A DNA stretch of 64,000 bases from Squalus acanthias (GCA_030390025.1 CM059432.1:130140001-130204000), one strand, 5' to 3'. Counted from the stretch's first letter, positions 22,209-35,845 are shown. The notes: generated from the sequence alone by a model not told the origin. Made by a program: numbers and translations.

Positions 22209-23769
22209 GAATATTTAGATGGAGACATATCTGTTTTTATCTGTCCTCTGTAACTCTTCATCTATATATAGATGCAGATAAATAGTTGTAGATATAAATA
22301 GCCAATTTTTCATGCACAAAAATAGCATTTTCCAATAAAACTAAGTAACACTGCTCAAATTTCAAAAATGTACCTTTTCACTATTGATGATGAATCTGAA
22401 CTATAGCACGAGGCTAATTGTTCTTAATCGGTTCAATTTTAAGTGGAACGATCCATAACACAAAGCATATTCACTTAAAACACAGACTTTATTCTCACCT
22501 TTTATGACTAAGCTATTAGCACATTCAGAGGGGGTTTGCTATATAACTGTGAGCCATTAAGGGATGATTAATGAGGCATACTGCAGTTCCGAAGGGCCCG
22601 AGATCGTGTATCTTTGAAGTGCACTACGATTGAGAAAAGCAACATGCAACAGCTTCCTTATCTCAGGAATTTAGTGCTACACAAATGAATGAGAATAAAT
22701 CTTTACACAGATCAAACCTCTTAAGCAACATCTGATTTGCACTTGGTGGAGTAGCCTGCAGCCTGTAAATAGTTATGTAGAGATACAATACTGGTGGATA
22801 AGTTAGATGGCTATTTTATGTAAAATGGAGAGTATTTTCTCCCACTCGTTAGGAGGAAGGATGAATGCCATCCATTATCTATAATTCTAATTTCTAATGA
22901 ATGTTCTCCGACGTACAAGACATGTTCACGTATGCTTCAACTAGTAATTCATATATCCATTAGAAAAATAGTATCAAGAAACTATGGTCAAGGGTCAAAG
23001 CACATTTTGTAGGACACTGCTGATGTCATATTCTTAGGGACCTACCATTAGGCGGCCGGAGCGCCCGCCTGAATTAGATGGTGGGCACTATTAATATGCA
23101 AATAGGGGTCCTATGACGTGCATAGGTCCCTAATTGCCAGTTTAGGACTTAACTGGACAGAGCATGCAGCCAGCTGAAGAGGGTAAGTTTGAATTTATTT
23201 TTGCGGGGCCGGGGTTAGCCCGCCTGATTCAATATTCGGGTGGGCCTGTAAATGGGCAATCAGCCCGCCCACCTGAAACAGATGTAAGGTTGCTTAAATA
23301 TGTCAATTGGCGTCCTACACCAGTTGTGAGGCCCCGATTGCAAACATGAAGAGGAAAAGGCCCCCAAAAAGGTAAGTGAATTTTTTTTTGTGGGGCCAGC
23401 TCCTCTGGGCTCCTCAAAGAATAATGTGGGCTTCTGCCACCTCAGGCTTCCCCTTTCCACCATCAGTTACCCCACCCCCCCCCCCAAACCCACCTCTCAA
23501 ACCTACCTTCCTGCTGGCTTGGTCAGTCTCCGGGCCGCCCAATATCGCATCACCTGCAGCTCACCGGCCCCACTGTAATGAGGCCTGAACCCGAATTTGG
23601 TTGGGGCTTCACGCCAGAATGAACAGGTAGGCGGAGTTGCCACACCACTGACTTCGCACCCTGTTCCGGGCAGAATTTGAACTTCTCCTCCCCCCAGTGT
23701 CTCCTACGAATTTTGGCTTTAGTGAGGACACCTGTCAAAACTGCATAATGGAGATCCTCTTTGTATTCC

Positions 23770-24800
23770 CTCTGCACTTGAGCCATCTGGAGGAAGAGGG
23801 TGAGTCACAAGCTCATTTGGATGCACAAGCAGTAGATCAGAACCAGAGAAGGACAGCACCAACTTAGAGGTACCCAGCTGAGCAGGCTTATAGACCCAAA
23901 CTAACAGTCTTGGACCTTAGCGAGGAGCAATGTGAGTTTCATGCTTAAGTGAAAGACTCATTTGGGGTCATCTGCCAGGGAAAGTCATCAGAGTTGAAAT
24001 AGTCTGTGATAAATACTAGGATTGGGAGGGGGTAAGGTATGAGAATGACGAACCCTCAGTTAGGACTTGTCCACCCAGTACACCATCTCCTGCCGCCTCT
24101 CTCAAACTGTTGCAGCTAAATAGTTCTTTCTTCAAATTTGAGTCATTTCCAGGATTGTAACAGATCCTCCCTTGGCAGCGATGACCTGGCTTCTTTTATA
24201 ATCGGCTTCTCCTACAGAGACATTTGAGACTTGCATTGGTAAATGCAGCATGAGGACACACTCCAACATTAGCTGAGGCCTCTCCCTCCGTGATAAGAAA
24301 GAACTTCAGTGAATTTGAAGTTGCTGCTCTCATATTCTTTCACGCATTAGATCCTTCCAAGTACTTGTGTGGAGGGTATGTAGATTGTGAGCAGGGAAGT
24401 ACTCCAAAGTGGGCCAGGTTACATTATGTCATTTGAATCAGCACATAACATGGCGTGATAGAAAACAGTAGGTTATTAGCAAAAAGTAGGTTGTCAGCAA
24501 GGCATTCACAAATAGCTATATATGCCTGTGAAGGGTCACACTTACTTTCCCCCTCTTGGGGAAGTCATTGCATTTCTTTGGCATTGCATCTATGTCCTTT
24601 GGACACTGCTACCACTGTTGATGGCTTCAGTCATCTCTTGCCATGCTCTGCATGCTGCACCCTTCAGGGTCTTCTTTCCATGTTGGAGAAACCAAGCGTG
24701 CCACTTTTTCTCAACTTCCTGCAATAGCTGCTCAATTGCCTTATTATCAAAGCAAGATGCCCTTATGTGACCAACCCTGACTGACCGACTGACATGGTAT
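23770..24800. mobile_element. Old, internally deleted Harbinger remnant: transposase N-terminus (+) and Myb exons 1-2 (-)
   Basis: The + strand at about 23870-23935 encodes ...YRPKLTVLDLSEEQC. The - strand at 24546-24770 encodes FDNKAIEQLLQEVEKKW...RAWQEMTEAINS...RT*MQCQ..NDFPKRGK followed by GTAAGT. An exon-2 acceptor ctgtag|GAGAAG lies near 24211. Confidence 0.65.
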
Positions 24801-24947
24801 GTTTAATGCAGCTATGAAATCGTCCTCCTTGGCACTTCCACTTTAAAAATATTCTGCTGATGGAAGTAATTTCTCAGAAGCACTCCAGGATATTTGATGA
24901 TAAGTGGACAGGCTTTCAAAATGTCCAGCTTTACTTAGGTTGCAGTA

Positions 24948-25410
24948 TGTCAGCCGTGGCTCAGTGGGTAGCCCCCTCGCCTCTGAGTCACAATGGTTGT
25001 GGTTTCAAGCTCCACTCCAGAGACTTGAACACAAAAATCTAAGCTGACATTCCAGTGCAGTACTGAGGGAGTGCTGCAGTGTCAGAGATGCCGCCCTTCG
25101 ACGTTAAACCGAGGCCCCCATCTGCCCTCTCAGGTGGACGTAAAAGATCCCACGACACTATTTCGAAGAAGAGCGGGGAGTTCTCCTTGGTGCCCTGGCC
25201 AATATTTATCCCTCAATCAACATAACAAAAACAGGTTATCTGGTCATTATCACCTTGCTGTTTGTGGGACCTTGCTGCGCGCAAATTGGCTGCCATGTTT
25301 CCTACATTACAACAGTGACGACACTTTAAAAAGTATTTCATTGGCTGTAAAGTGCTTTGGAGCGTCCTTTGGGTCATGAAAGGCGCTATATATATGTAAG
25401 TCTTCCTTTC
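24948..25410 (+). mobile_element. DeuSINE (SacSINE1-like) tRNA-headed SINE
   Basis: Head GTCAGCCGTGGCTCAGTGGGTAGC, Deu-domain-like core (CAGGTGGACGTAAAAGATCCCA, TGGCCAATATTTATCCCTCAA, GCAAATTGGCTGCC) and L2-like tail GAAAGGCGCTATATA. Confidence 0.85.
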
Positions 25411-25851
25411 GTTGTTCTACAGGCTCTCCCAAACATCCAGAATGCGCCAACCCCTTTAAGCAGCCACAGATCCTTATGGCCTATGCCAGCACACCAATTT
25501 CCTGTGCCCTCATGACTGCATCCAATAGGTGCGGACCTAGGAGGAGCGGCGGCGGCAGAGTATAAAGGCGAGCCCGAGGATCAGGTAGGTTTACCAATCT
25601 CAGAGCGGGAGACAGAAGTAAAAAGTAATCGAAGTGTGACGTCAACAGAAAGCAGGTAAGTGATTGGTTGGTGAGTATTTCTCTCTTTCTCCTTTTACAA
25701 TACTTAAATTCTGTGGTTTATAGTTTCTAGAGTCTCTGTGGTGTAGCGGGGACTGCTGTTAAACAAGGGCCCTTGAGTATATCATTTAATTGAAGTGAAA
25801 TTGGTGGGATTCATTTAATTTAATTTTAATTAATTAATTAAAGGGTAAGTC

Positions 25852-26800
25852 ATGGCAGGAGAGCTCCGCCCTGTGATATGCTCCTCATGCTATATGTGGG
25901 AAATCAGGGACGCTTCCTGTGTCCCTGACGACAATGTGTGTGGGAAATGTATCCAGCTGCAGCTACTGATGGACCGCATTGCGGCGCTGGAGCTGCGGAT
26001 GGATGCATATTGGAGCATTCGCGAGGCTGAGGACGTCGTGGATAGCACGTTTAGAGAGTTGGTCACACCGCAGGTAAAGGATGTACAGGCAGGAAGTGAA
26101 TGGGTGACCACCAGGCAGAGTAAGAGGTGCAGGCAGGTACTGCAGGGGTCCCCTGTGGCCATCCCCCTCTCAAACAGATATACCACTTTGGATGCTGTTG
26201 GGGGGGATGACTTATCAGGGGAAGGCAGCAGCAGCCAACTTCCTGGCACCATGGGTGGTTCTGCTGCACTGGCTGGGAGGAAAAAGTGTGGAAGAGCTAT
26301 AGTGATAGGGGATTCAATTGTAAGGGGAATAGATAGGCGTTTCTGCGGCCGCAAACGAGACTCCAGGATGGTGTGTTGCCTCCCTGGTGCAAGGGTCAAG
26401 GACGTCTCAGAGCGGCTACAGAACATTCTGGAGGGGGAGGGCGAACAGCCAGTTGTCGTGGTGCACATAGGCATCAACGATATAGGTAAAAAACGGGATG
26501 AGGTCCTAAAAGCAGAATATAGGGAGTTAGGAGGTAAATTAAAAAAGAGGACCTCAAAGGTAGTAATCTCAGGATTGCTACCAGTGCCACGTGCTAGTCA
26601 GAGTAGAAATAGGAGGATATTTCAAATGAATACATGGCTAGAGGAATGGTGCAAGGGGGAGGGATTCAAATTCCTTGGACATTGGAACCAGTTCTGGGGA
26701 GGTGGGACCAGTACAAACGGGACGGTCTGCACCTGGGCAGGGCCGGGACCGATGTCCTAGGGGGATTGTTTGCTAGTGCTGTTGGGGAGGGTTTAAACTA
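25852..26800 (+). pseudogene. CR1 ORF1 (zinc finger/leucine zipper plus SGNH esterase domain), frameshifted near 26700
   Basis: CSSCYMW...CGKC, IVIGDSIVRG, CLPGARVKD, VHIGIND; the DGLHL motif appears in the shifted frame. Confidence 0.9.
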
Positions 26801-26923
26801 AAGTGGCAGGGGGTTGGGAACCTGAGCAGGGAGACAGAGGAAAGGGAAACAAGGATAAAAGCAAAAGACAGGAAGGAGAAAAACAAAAGTAGAAGGCAAA
26901 GAACTCAACGGTTTAAATCAAAT

Positions 26924-29783
26924 ATGGCCACAGTAAATAATAATTCATATAGGTCTGAGAGCGTTAAAAAAACAAGCCTGAAGGCTTTGTGTCTTAATGC
27001 AAGGAGCATTCGGAACAAGGTGGATGAATTAGCTGTGCAAATAGAGGTAAATGAATACGATTTGATTGGGATTACAGAAACATGGCTCCAGGGTGGCCAA
27101 GGCTGGGAACTCAACATCCAGGGGTATTCAATATTTAGGAAAGATAGGCAAAAAAGAAAGGGAGGTGGGGTAGCATTGCTGGTTAAAGAGGGGATTAACA
27201 CAATTGAAAGGAAGGATATTAGCTCTGATGATGCGGAATCTGTATGGGTAGAACTGAGAAATAACAAGGGGCAGAAAACATTAGTGGGAGTGGTGTATAG
27301 ACCTCCAAACAGTAATACGGAGGTTGGGGATGGCATTAAAAGGGAAATTAGAGAAGCATGCAGTAAGGGCACAGCAGTCATCATGGGTGACTTTAATTTA
27401 CATATGAATTGGGCTAACCAAATTAGTAAAAATACTGTGGAGGAGGAATTCCTAGAATGTTTACGGGATGGTTTTCTGGAACAATATGTCGAGGAACCAA
27501 CCAGAGATCAGGCCATCTTAGACTGGGTATTATGTAACAAGAAAGGATTAATAAGCAATCTTGTTGTACGAGGCCCCTTGGGTCAGAGTGATCATAATAT
27601 GATAGAATTCTTCATTAGGATGGAGAGTGAAGTAGTTGAATCAGAGACTAGGGTCCTGAATTTAAATAAAGGAAACTACGATGGTATGAGGCGCGAATTG
27701 GGTAGGATTGATTGGGGAATGTCACTCAAAGGGTTGACGGTGGATAGGCAATGGCAAACATTCAAAGACTGCATGGATGAACTACAGAATTTGTTCATCC
27801 CAGTGTGGCATAAGAATAAAACAAAAAGGGTGACTCAACCGTGGCTAACAAGGGAAATTAGGGACAGCATAAGATCCAAGGAGAGGGCATATAAATTGGC
27901 CAGAAAAAGCGGTAACCCTGAGGATTGGGAGCAGTTTAGGATTCAACAAAGGAGGACAAAGGGATTAATTAAGAAGGGGAAAATAGAATATGAAAGTAAG
28001 CTTTCAGGGAACATAAAAACTGATTGTAAGAGTTTTTATAGATATGTGAAGTGAAAAAGATTAGTGAAATCAAGTGTAGGTCCCTTGCAGTCAGAAGCGG
28101 GGGAAGTTATAATGGGGAACAAAGAAATGGCAGACCAATTAAATGCATATTTTGGTTCTGTCTTCACAAAGGAGGACACAAATAACCTCCCAGAGATGTT
28201 GGAGAACATACGGTCTGATGAAAGGGAGGAACTGAAAGAAATCAGTATTTGCAGGGAAATGGTGTTAGGGAAATTGACGGTATTGAAGGCCGATAAATCC
28301 CCAGGGCTCATAATCTACATTCTAGGGTACTTAAGGAAGTGGCCCTAGAAATAGTAGATGCATTGCTGATCATCTTCCAACATTCGATGGAATCTGGAAC
28401 TGTACCCATGGATTGGAGGGTAGCTAATGTTACCCCACTATTCAAAAAGGGTGGTAGAGAGAAAGCGGGGAATTACAGACCGGTAAGCCTGACATCGGTA
28501 GTGGGGAAAATGCTGGAGTCCATTATAAAGGATGTAATAGCTGAGCACTTGAAAAACAGTGACAGGATCGGACAAAGTCAACATGGATTTACAAAAGGTA
28601 AATCGTGCTTGACTAATCTACTGGAATTTTTTGAGGATGTAACTGGGAAAATAGATAAGGGAGAACCAGTAGATGTGGTGTATTTGGACTTTCAAAAGGC
28701 TTTCGATAAGGTCCCGCATAAGAGATTAGCGTGTAAAGTTAAGGCACATGGGATTGGGGGCAAGGTATTGACTTGGATAGAGAACTGGTTGGCGGACAGA
28801 AAGCAAAGAGTAGGAATTAATGGGTCTTTTACCGAGTGGCAAGCAGTGACTAGTGGGGTACCGCAGGGATTAGTCCTTGGACCCCAGCTATTCACAATAT
28901 ACATTAATGATCTAGATAAGGGAACTAAATGTAATATCTCCAAGTTTGCAGATGACACAAAGCTGGGTGGAATGTGTGCTGCGAGGAGGATACCGAGAAA
29001 CTCCAGGATGATTTGGACAGGTTGGGTGAGTGGGCAGAAGTGTGGCAGATGCAATATAACGTGGATAAATGCGAGGTTATCCACTTTGGTGTCAAAAACA
29101 GAAAGGCAGACTATTATCTGAATGGCAATAGATTGGGAGAAGGGGAAGTGCAACGAGACCTGGGTGTCCTTGTGCACCAGTCGCTGAAGGTAAGCATGCA
29201 GGTGCAGCAGGCGGTGAAGAAGGCAAATGGTATGTTGGCCTTCATAGCGAAATGGTTTGAGTATAGGAACAGGGATGTCCTGCTGCAGTTGTACAGGGCT
29301 TTGGTGAGACCACACCTTGAGTATTGTGTGCAGTTTTGGTCGCCTTATCTGAGGAAGGATGTTCTTGCCATGGAAGGAGTTCAGCGAAGATTCACAAGGC
29401 TGATACCTGGGATGGCAGGAATGACATATGAGGAGAGATTGGGTCGATTGGGCTTATACTCGCTGGAGTATAGAAGAATGAGAGGGGATCTCATTGAAAC
29501 ATATAAAATTCTGACAGGTCTGGACAAACTAGATGCAGGAAGAATGTTCCCGATGGTCGGAGATTCCAGAACCAGGGGTCATAATCTAAGGATAAGGGGT
29601 AAGCCATTTAGGACAGAAATGAGGAGGAATTTCTTCACCCAGAGAGTGGTGAACCTGTGGAATTCTCTACCACAGAAGGTAGTTGAGGCCAAGTCATTAA
29701 ATATATTCAAGAATGAGTAAGATATATTTCTTAAAGCTAAAGGTATCAAGGGATATGGGGAGAAGGCAGGTACAGGGTACTGA
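26924..29783 (+). pseudogene. CR1 ORF2 (APE endonuclease plus reverse transcriptase), disrupted
   Basis: [42 protein letters not shown]. Stops at 28052 and 29718 and frameshifts near 28310 and 28975. The true start may lie slightly upstream. Confidence 0.93.
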
Positions 29784-30848
29784 GTTTGGATGATCAGCCA
29801 TGATCTCATTAAATGGCGGAGCAGGCTCGAGGGGCCGAATGGCCTACTCCTGCTCCTATCTTCTATGTTTCTATAAGAGGCCTCAGTGCCCGTCCATTAT
29901 ATTAAAATGAGCCCCAACATAAATTCAGGGTGTTACATTCTGACCTCAGTGCAGCGCTATTCCAGTGCATTCAAATTTTAAAAATATTTTACATTCCCAC
30001 GTGTAAGTACAGATGATAATGAAACACGTGAGCATTAAGACTTTCTGAAAACTTGACTGCAGGGATACTGGACCGTGATGTTACAGGCAGGGTTTCCACA
30101 TTAATTATCCCGGCCCCAGGAAAATCGTCCCTGTTTAGCATTCATCCTTTGATATCGCCAGCAGTAATATCTAGGCTCCAGGCCTGGCTGGAAAGAGAAT
30201 CCACAATTTTTTTGAACTTTCAGAGCTGAAGATTGAAAAATATATCTTCAGCACACAGCAAGTATCACGGGCCTACCAGAGGCTTCCTTCAAAAGGAACC
30301 ATTGAACAATTATGATGTTGGATGTGTCTTAGTCATATTGATTGCAATCCTTTAGAAAACATTTCGGCAAAAATTCTGGAGCACCGGTCTGCAGAGAGTT
30401 TGTTAAAAGCTCTTGTAGAGATTTTATAGTCAAACTGGAGCAACATTTTTCCTTTAGCCCGAATACAACCTCTCAGGGAAATTTGACCCTGTTCTACAGA
30501 ATCTTCAAACAAATCAATAGAGAGGTTTTGTCAAATGTGCAGAGAATTTGAAAGTGGTCGGTTTTGTAGCTTCTTCCAAATATTTTGATAAATTTGAAAA
30601 AAAAATTGTTATTGTGTCACTTGAAGGAACAGAGGGATGGGAGCAAGGAAGGAAAGAAAGAAGAAAAGGAAGGAAGGAAAGGTATGTATTTGTATAGAGA
30701 CTTTCCTGTCCTCAGGGCATCCCAAAGTGCAGAACAGTCAATGAGTTACTTTATGAAGCGTTATCGCTAATGTTATGTAGACATACACAGCAGCAAAGTG
30801 ATCAAAATAACAACTGATCAAAATAACAACTGATTTAACACACTCAAG

Positions 30849-30994
30849 GGGGATGACTTTGACTTTGGACAATAGTGTAAAACGGGCGACATTGATTCAG
30901 CCGCACGTTATACGTCTCTCCCGAATTTTCCAAAGCGGGCGGCTGAATCAGTATCGCCCGTTTTACACTATTGCCCAAAGTCAAAATTATCCCC
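30849..30994. mobile_element. 146-bp Harbinger-type palindromic MITE
   Basis: ~60-bp imperfect TIRs (GGGGATGACTTTGACTTTGGACAATAGTGTAAAACGGGCGA...) with TSD AAG. Confidence 0.85.
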
Positions 30995-32571
30995 AAGATA
31001 TCTCTTGTTAATTGGATCTACTCCCCACTCCTGCCCTACAATTTACAACCAGCACTGTGAGTCAATGTATGGACACTTTACAAAATGAGAGTGGGGGGCT
31101 TTAACTCTTCCCACTGGGTGGGCACAGGGCGGTACGAACAGTTAAAATGGAGCGGCTCCATTTCCCGCTGATCTCTGACTTTAACGCCGCTGGTTTCGGT
31201 GGCAGAGGAGGCGGCCACCAGACTCGGGTGCGAGCCGGGTGCACCAGTACTAATGGGAGGCCTATGATGTTAAAAGGATCGTGAGCAGAGAATCTGCCGC
31301 TACACTGCCGCCAGGCTGAAGCAGGTTGGCAGCCGGTGGGAAGGACAAAGCGGCCCTCCGGGTAAGTGAGAACATTTCCTTTAGGGGCCAGGAGGAGCAG
31401 GAGTGGTCCTCCACGCCCCACAAGGAAAGTCGTGACCTCCCCTACCACAGCCTCCTCCCCTCCCTCCCGCAAGACCCTCTAAAACCCACTTACCTGGAAG
31501 CCAGCGGGTGGCCAGGGGCCCCAAACTACGTAAATAGCTGAGAACAGTGGAATGTCAGGGCCTCAATGTTAAAGATTTTTTTTTTTTAACTCATCTCTTT
31601 TCTATCAACAGAAATTTCACAGAGTGTCAAAGATCAACGACCACCAGGAATTTCCTTGGAGCTTCTCCCGCTCCGAAGTTCCACCAGAGTTTACGGTGGC
31701 GGAGCAGGAGAGGCTCCGAGGACGTTCTCAGTGCGTGTAATTGTTTGGGGACTCTTGCCGGGGAGCTCTGGCTTCCCCCCCACCCTGCACTCAACAGCAA
31801 TGTGAGCAGGCAGTATAACCATGGCTACCTACCAACACCACTGTTACAGAGGCACTCAATACTGCACCGTGAGCTGGGAGGTAAACGTCTGGATTTGAAA
31901 GAAGTGAATTAATTTCAAAAAAAAAAGCAAGCTAAGTGTGAATTCAGTAGGAGCAAACACCTCCAACAGCCTTGACGCAATCTAGGAGAAAGGCTATCCC
32001 CGAGAACCGTGAAGTACAAGGACAAGAACCTGACATAAAGGGAAGTTTTAGATCACCTAACACTTTGAATGCCAATGACTCACACAGCTAGAATGAAGAG
32101 TTAGGCCAACTGTTGCCTGGATACGTTATCATGAACTGAACTGTACATGGGCTGGGAACAATTCTAACCAGGTGAAGAAGAAGAATGATTATGGTAATCT
32201 GAAACTGTTTTAGAGCAAGCATTTATATTTCCTATTATTATTTTAACTTTATCACCAAACATTGAGGGTAAATATCTCTTCACCAAAACATTGAATAGTT
32301 AAGCTTTTACTTTAAGCCTCCCTCAGTAAATCTCATCCCTGTTCGCTGACTCACTTATTGCAATCAGTTCTATTTTAGGTTGCATTCCCCAGTTTGCCAG
32401 CAAATCCTCTGCCTTAATTATTCATGTGTAATTGTATCCCAAATAAGAACCATAATTTATTTATTGATCTATAATGAACGCTGTTGGAAACAAGAAGCGT
32501 TCCATCTCAACGTGTCAAGTGAACTGCTCCCAACTCTCTCTGCAGACGTGGTCATAAATACCTGACAATCT

Positions 32572-32715
32572 GGGGGTGAAATTGGTCCTTAGCAGCAGCG
32601 TGAAATGCGGTCATAGCGATTCGGCGGCCCATTTTACACCAGGCCCGATTTTCTTTTCTATCGCTGATTCGATAGGAGTGCTTTCGCACGACATGCAAAG
32701 ATCAATTTCACCCTC
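32572..32715. mobile_element. Short Harbinger-type MITE (related to 42315-42456)
   Basis: Ends GGGGGTGAAATTG and CAATTTCACCCTC, with flanks TCT/TTT. Confidence 0.7.
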
Positions 32716-33303
32716 TTTGAGTCTTGGTTAAAAACAAATTTCCATTCCATTTCTCTCCTTCCATTTTCTCCCTCACACCCGCCCTCTCCCAGAGGCTCAG
32801 TTACAGTTCTATGGGTTGTGGCAGCCCTGCAGTACCTCTCTCAAGTTATCATTCTTCTTGAGCAAGTGTGCACGATCGAGGCCCCAATGCCAAGTCGAAT
32901 TGTGATTCCCACCCACTTTCCAAGCATACGCATTTCCAGCAGGTGATTGTTGGGTAACAATTAGGAGCAGGAACTCTGGACAATGTTTTTTTTCACCCCC
33001 CCTAATGCAAGAATGCTGAGCTCAGTTGTGGTGCCCCACCCAGGCCCGAACTGAGATAAACTCATTAACCTCAGATCAGACATCGAACTTTGACCCTTCC
33101 TGGTCTGTAAGGCCCATGTTATACCACACCGTGCATTTCCCCATCACAATCTAGGGGAGTTCTTTTATTTAAAATTCTAAGGAGTGATTTCCGTCAAGGA
33201 ATCACTAGGAATGTTTTTCCCGTAGATTTGTAAATTATATTACTTTACTAAAATATGTTGTGTTTACGCCTGTTGCAGCAAGGAAAGCAAGCTTACAGAT
33301 ATT

Positions 33304-34855
33304 GGAGGTGAAAATGGATCTCATTATGCCTGTCTTCTAGGCAGAAAATGGGGGCCCCAGAGGTGTCCAATTTAAGGGGCTTACCTCCCGCGTCCAGAAC
33401 AACGTCGGGAAACACGTCCATCGCCTTATTGGTTTGAGCACCGTAGAGGCATCCCTGGCAACCTCTTAAAACAGGTGTGAGGCCCCTTGCACATTCTAAT
33501 AAGGTGCCTGGCACCTGTTTTAGGACCCATACCAGAAATTCATTTGCCCTGAGCGGAACAGGTATCAAGCCTGGGCCACCTGGTCCACATGTGGTTCAAC
33601 CAGCAGTCCTTAAGGAGACTGCTGGAGGCCACCACCAAAAAGGTAAGTTTTTTGAACGCATTTACCTTAATGTGGAGCTGTGAGGAGCAGGAGAGGGTAG
33701 GAAGAGGTGAGTGTGTTTGGAGAGAGAAAGAGAGGTGTTGCAGTGTGCCCTGTGATTGTATGCCAGAGGGTACGATAGTGGGGAGGGAATTGTTGAGCGG
33801 TGGGGAGGGGGTGAAAGGAATGTTGTCAGGTGTTGTTGAGAGATGCGGAGGGATGAAGAGCTGTACTCACCGTTGTTGCTCTTGAGAGTTCATTGAACCT
33901 CTTTCTACATTGAACCCAGGTCCTGGGGGTGTAGCTGCTGGCACTGACCCTCTCAGCCACCTCTATCCAGCTCTGCACAAGTGTGCCCTGGGGATGCGCC
34001 TGTGGGTGATGGGGAACTGTACCTCCCTCCTTGCCCTGACCTCCTCCACCAGGACCTCCAAGGTGCCATCAGAAAGCCTGGGGGTAGCCCTCCGACTTAT
34101 CTCTGGTGCCAGAATTATTTCAAGTGTCAGCTGTGGCTCAGTGGGTAGCACTCTCACCTCTAAGTCAGAAGGTTGTGGGTTCAAGTCCCACAAAGACTTG
34201 AGCACAAAAATCCAGGCTGACACTCCAGTGCAGTACTGAGGGAGTGCTGCACTGTCGGAGGTGCCGTATTTCGGTGTTAAACCAAGGCCCTGTCTTCCCG
34301 CTCAGGTGGATGTAAAAGATCCCATGGCACTATTTTGAAGAAAAGCAGGGGATTTATCCCTGGTATCCTGACCAATATTTATCCCTCAATCAACATCACT
34401 AAAACAGATTATCTGGTCGTTATCTCATTGCTGTTTGTGGGAGCTTGCTGTGTGCAAATTGGCTGCCGTGTTTCCTACATTACAACAGTGACTACATTTC
34501 AAAAAGTACTTCGTTGGCTGTAAAGCGCTTTGAGATGTCCGGTGGTCGTGAAAGGCGCTATATAAATGCAAGTCTTTCTTTTTCTTTCCTTCGAGCACTG
34601 TTTAAATGAAATTCAAAGCAGGGAATGTAACCTTGCTTTAAGTGGTGCATTCCTACTTTAAATAGGCCTTGGGAGGCCCGCCAGAAATTACACACATCAA
34701 GTGGGTGGGCTGTCCAATTCCTGGCGCGATTGAGTGGGCAGCCAGTGAATCAGTATTCATTAGCACATCAGACAGCCCACTACCAACTTTCCTAGGGTTC
34801 TGGCGCATGGCATCAACACTCTGCAGTCAACAATCCAGTGTGTGGGCACCTCAAC
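33304..34855 (-). mobile_element. Non-autonomous Harbinger derivative with a Myb exon (33871 to about 34110), interrupted by a SINE
   Basis: Left end GGAGGTGAAAAT. The minus strand encodes RATPRLSDGTLEVLVEEVRARREVQFP...WVQCRKRFNELSRATT followed by GTGAGT. Confidence 0.65.
34124..34590 (+). mobile_element. DeuSINE (second copy)
   Basis: Collinear with 24948-25410, with B box GGTTCAAGTCC and tail GAAAGGCGCTATATAAATGCAAGTCTTTC. Confidence 0.88.
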
Positions 34856-35513
34856 TGTAGGATAGAGTGTACCTGTAGGATTTAGTCAACATTATTAAGA
34901 TTCTATAACCATTATTAAATAACTATAATATGTGAAATTGTATGTTAAAAACCTAAAAAGCCTGTATAAAATGGTGAATGGCTAAGAAGTAAAGCATGAT
35001 GGTAAAACCTAATATCCCTTATCGGTGAAGTTTCAGACCAGGCTAGATAATGGGCTATGTGAAAGGCAAAAGACCTCTGTCGTAATTCATGGGAATGTAA
35101 AAGTTCTCAGAGAAAAGATCACAGCAGAAAAAGGGAGGAAATCATCGACCATACTTGTGAAGGTCAGAATGGTGAGATAGCCCAAGCAGCTGCAAATTGC
35201 CATGTATTTTGAAAGGGGAAAGAAAGGTATAAAACAACAGCTATTGAACACTGAAAGCAGCGCGAAACCAGAGGAGGAGAAGCTTCAGTCAACAGAACAC
35301 AGCAAGAGAATAAAGAGATTGCGCAACAGTCACTCGGAAGGAACGCCGGGGTTCAACGAACAGATTGTGACTATTGTCTTGTTAAGTATTACTTTCTCTG
35401 TACTGGATGTTTAATGCTTAATAAACCTGTTTTACTTATACACAATATACCTGTACCCAAAGTGGTTTGTGTAGTCACGGACAAATTATTATAAAGAGCT
35501 TTTAAAAGCTACA
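34856..35513 (+). mobile_element. Solo LTR (658 bp)
   Basis: TGTAG...CTACA inverted termini, 4-bp TSD CAAC (34852-55, 35514-17), and AATAAA near 35420. Confidence 0.8.
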
Positions 35514-35845
35514 CAACAACAACAATAACTTGCATTTTATAGCAACTTTAACGTAGTAAAATGTCCCAAAGTATTTCACAGGAGCGTTGTCAAACAAACT
35601 TAGAGAGGCGGAGAGGTTTAGGGAGGGAATTCCAGAGCTTAGGGCCTAGGCAGCTGAAGGCACGGCCGCCAATGGTGGAGCGATTAAAATCGGGGATGCA
35701 CAAGAGGCCAGAATTGGAGGAGCACAGATATCTCAGAGCGTTCCAGGGCTGGAGGAGGTTACAGAGATGGGAAAGGGTGAGGCCATAGAGGGATTTGAAG
35801 ACGAGGATGAGAATTTAAAAATTGAGGCATTGCCAGACCTTGTAG
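35514..35845 (-). mobile_element. L2-like LINE 3' fragment
   Basis: (CAA)n tail followed by ACTTGCATTTTATAGC, then gggagggaattccagagcttagggcctaggcagctgaaggc. A related piece lies at 40060-41100. Confidence 0.7.

Larger units (their letters stand above)
25530..29875 (+). mobile_element. Near full-length CR1 LINE
   Basis: 5' UTR, ORF1, ORF2 and the CR1 3' UTR (GGCGGAGCAGGCTCGAGGGGCCGAATGGCCTACTCCTGCTCCT) ending in (TTCTATGT)n-like repeats. Confidence 0.95.

Noticed and set aside
22499..22677. Minus-strand segment with plausible splice sites
   Set aside because: There are stops in all three frames. It is at best a non-coding exon, with no further support.
23036..23690. Probable further non-autonomous elements (also about 31095-31800, 44745-45440, 48150-48610 and 52730-53100)
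   Set aside because: They look repeat-like, but I could not define matching TIRs or TSDs, so they are not listed as features.
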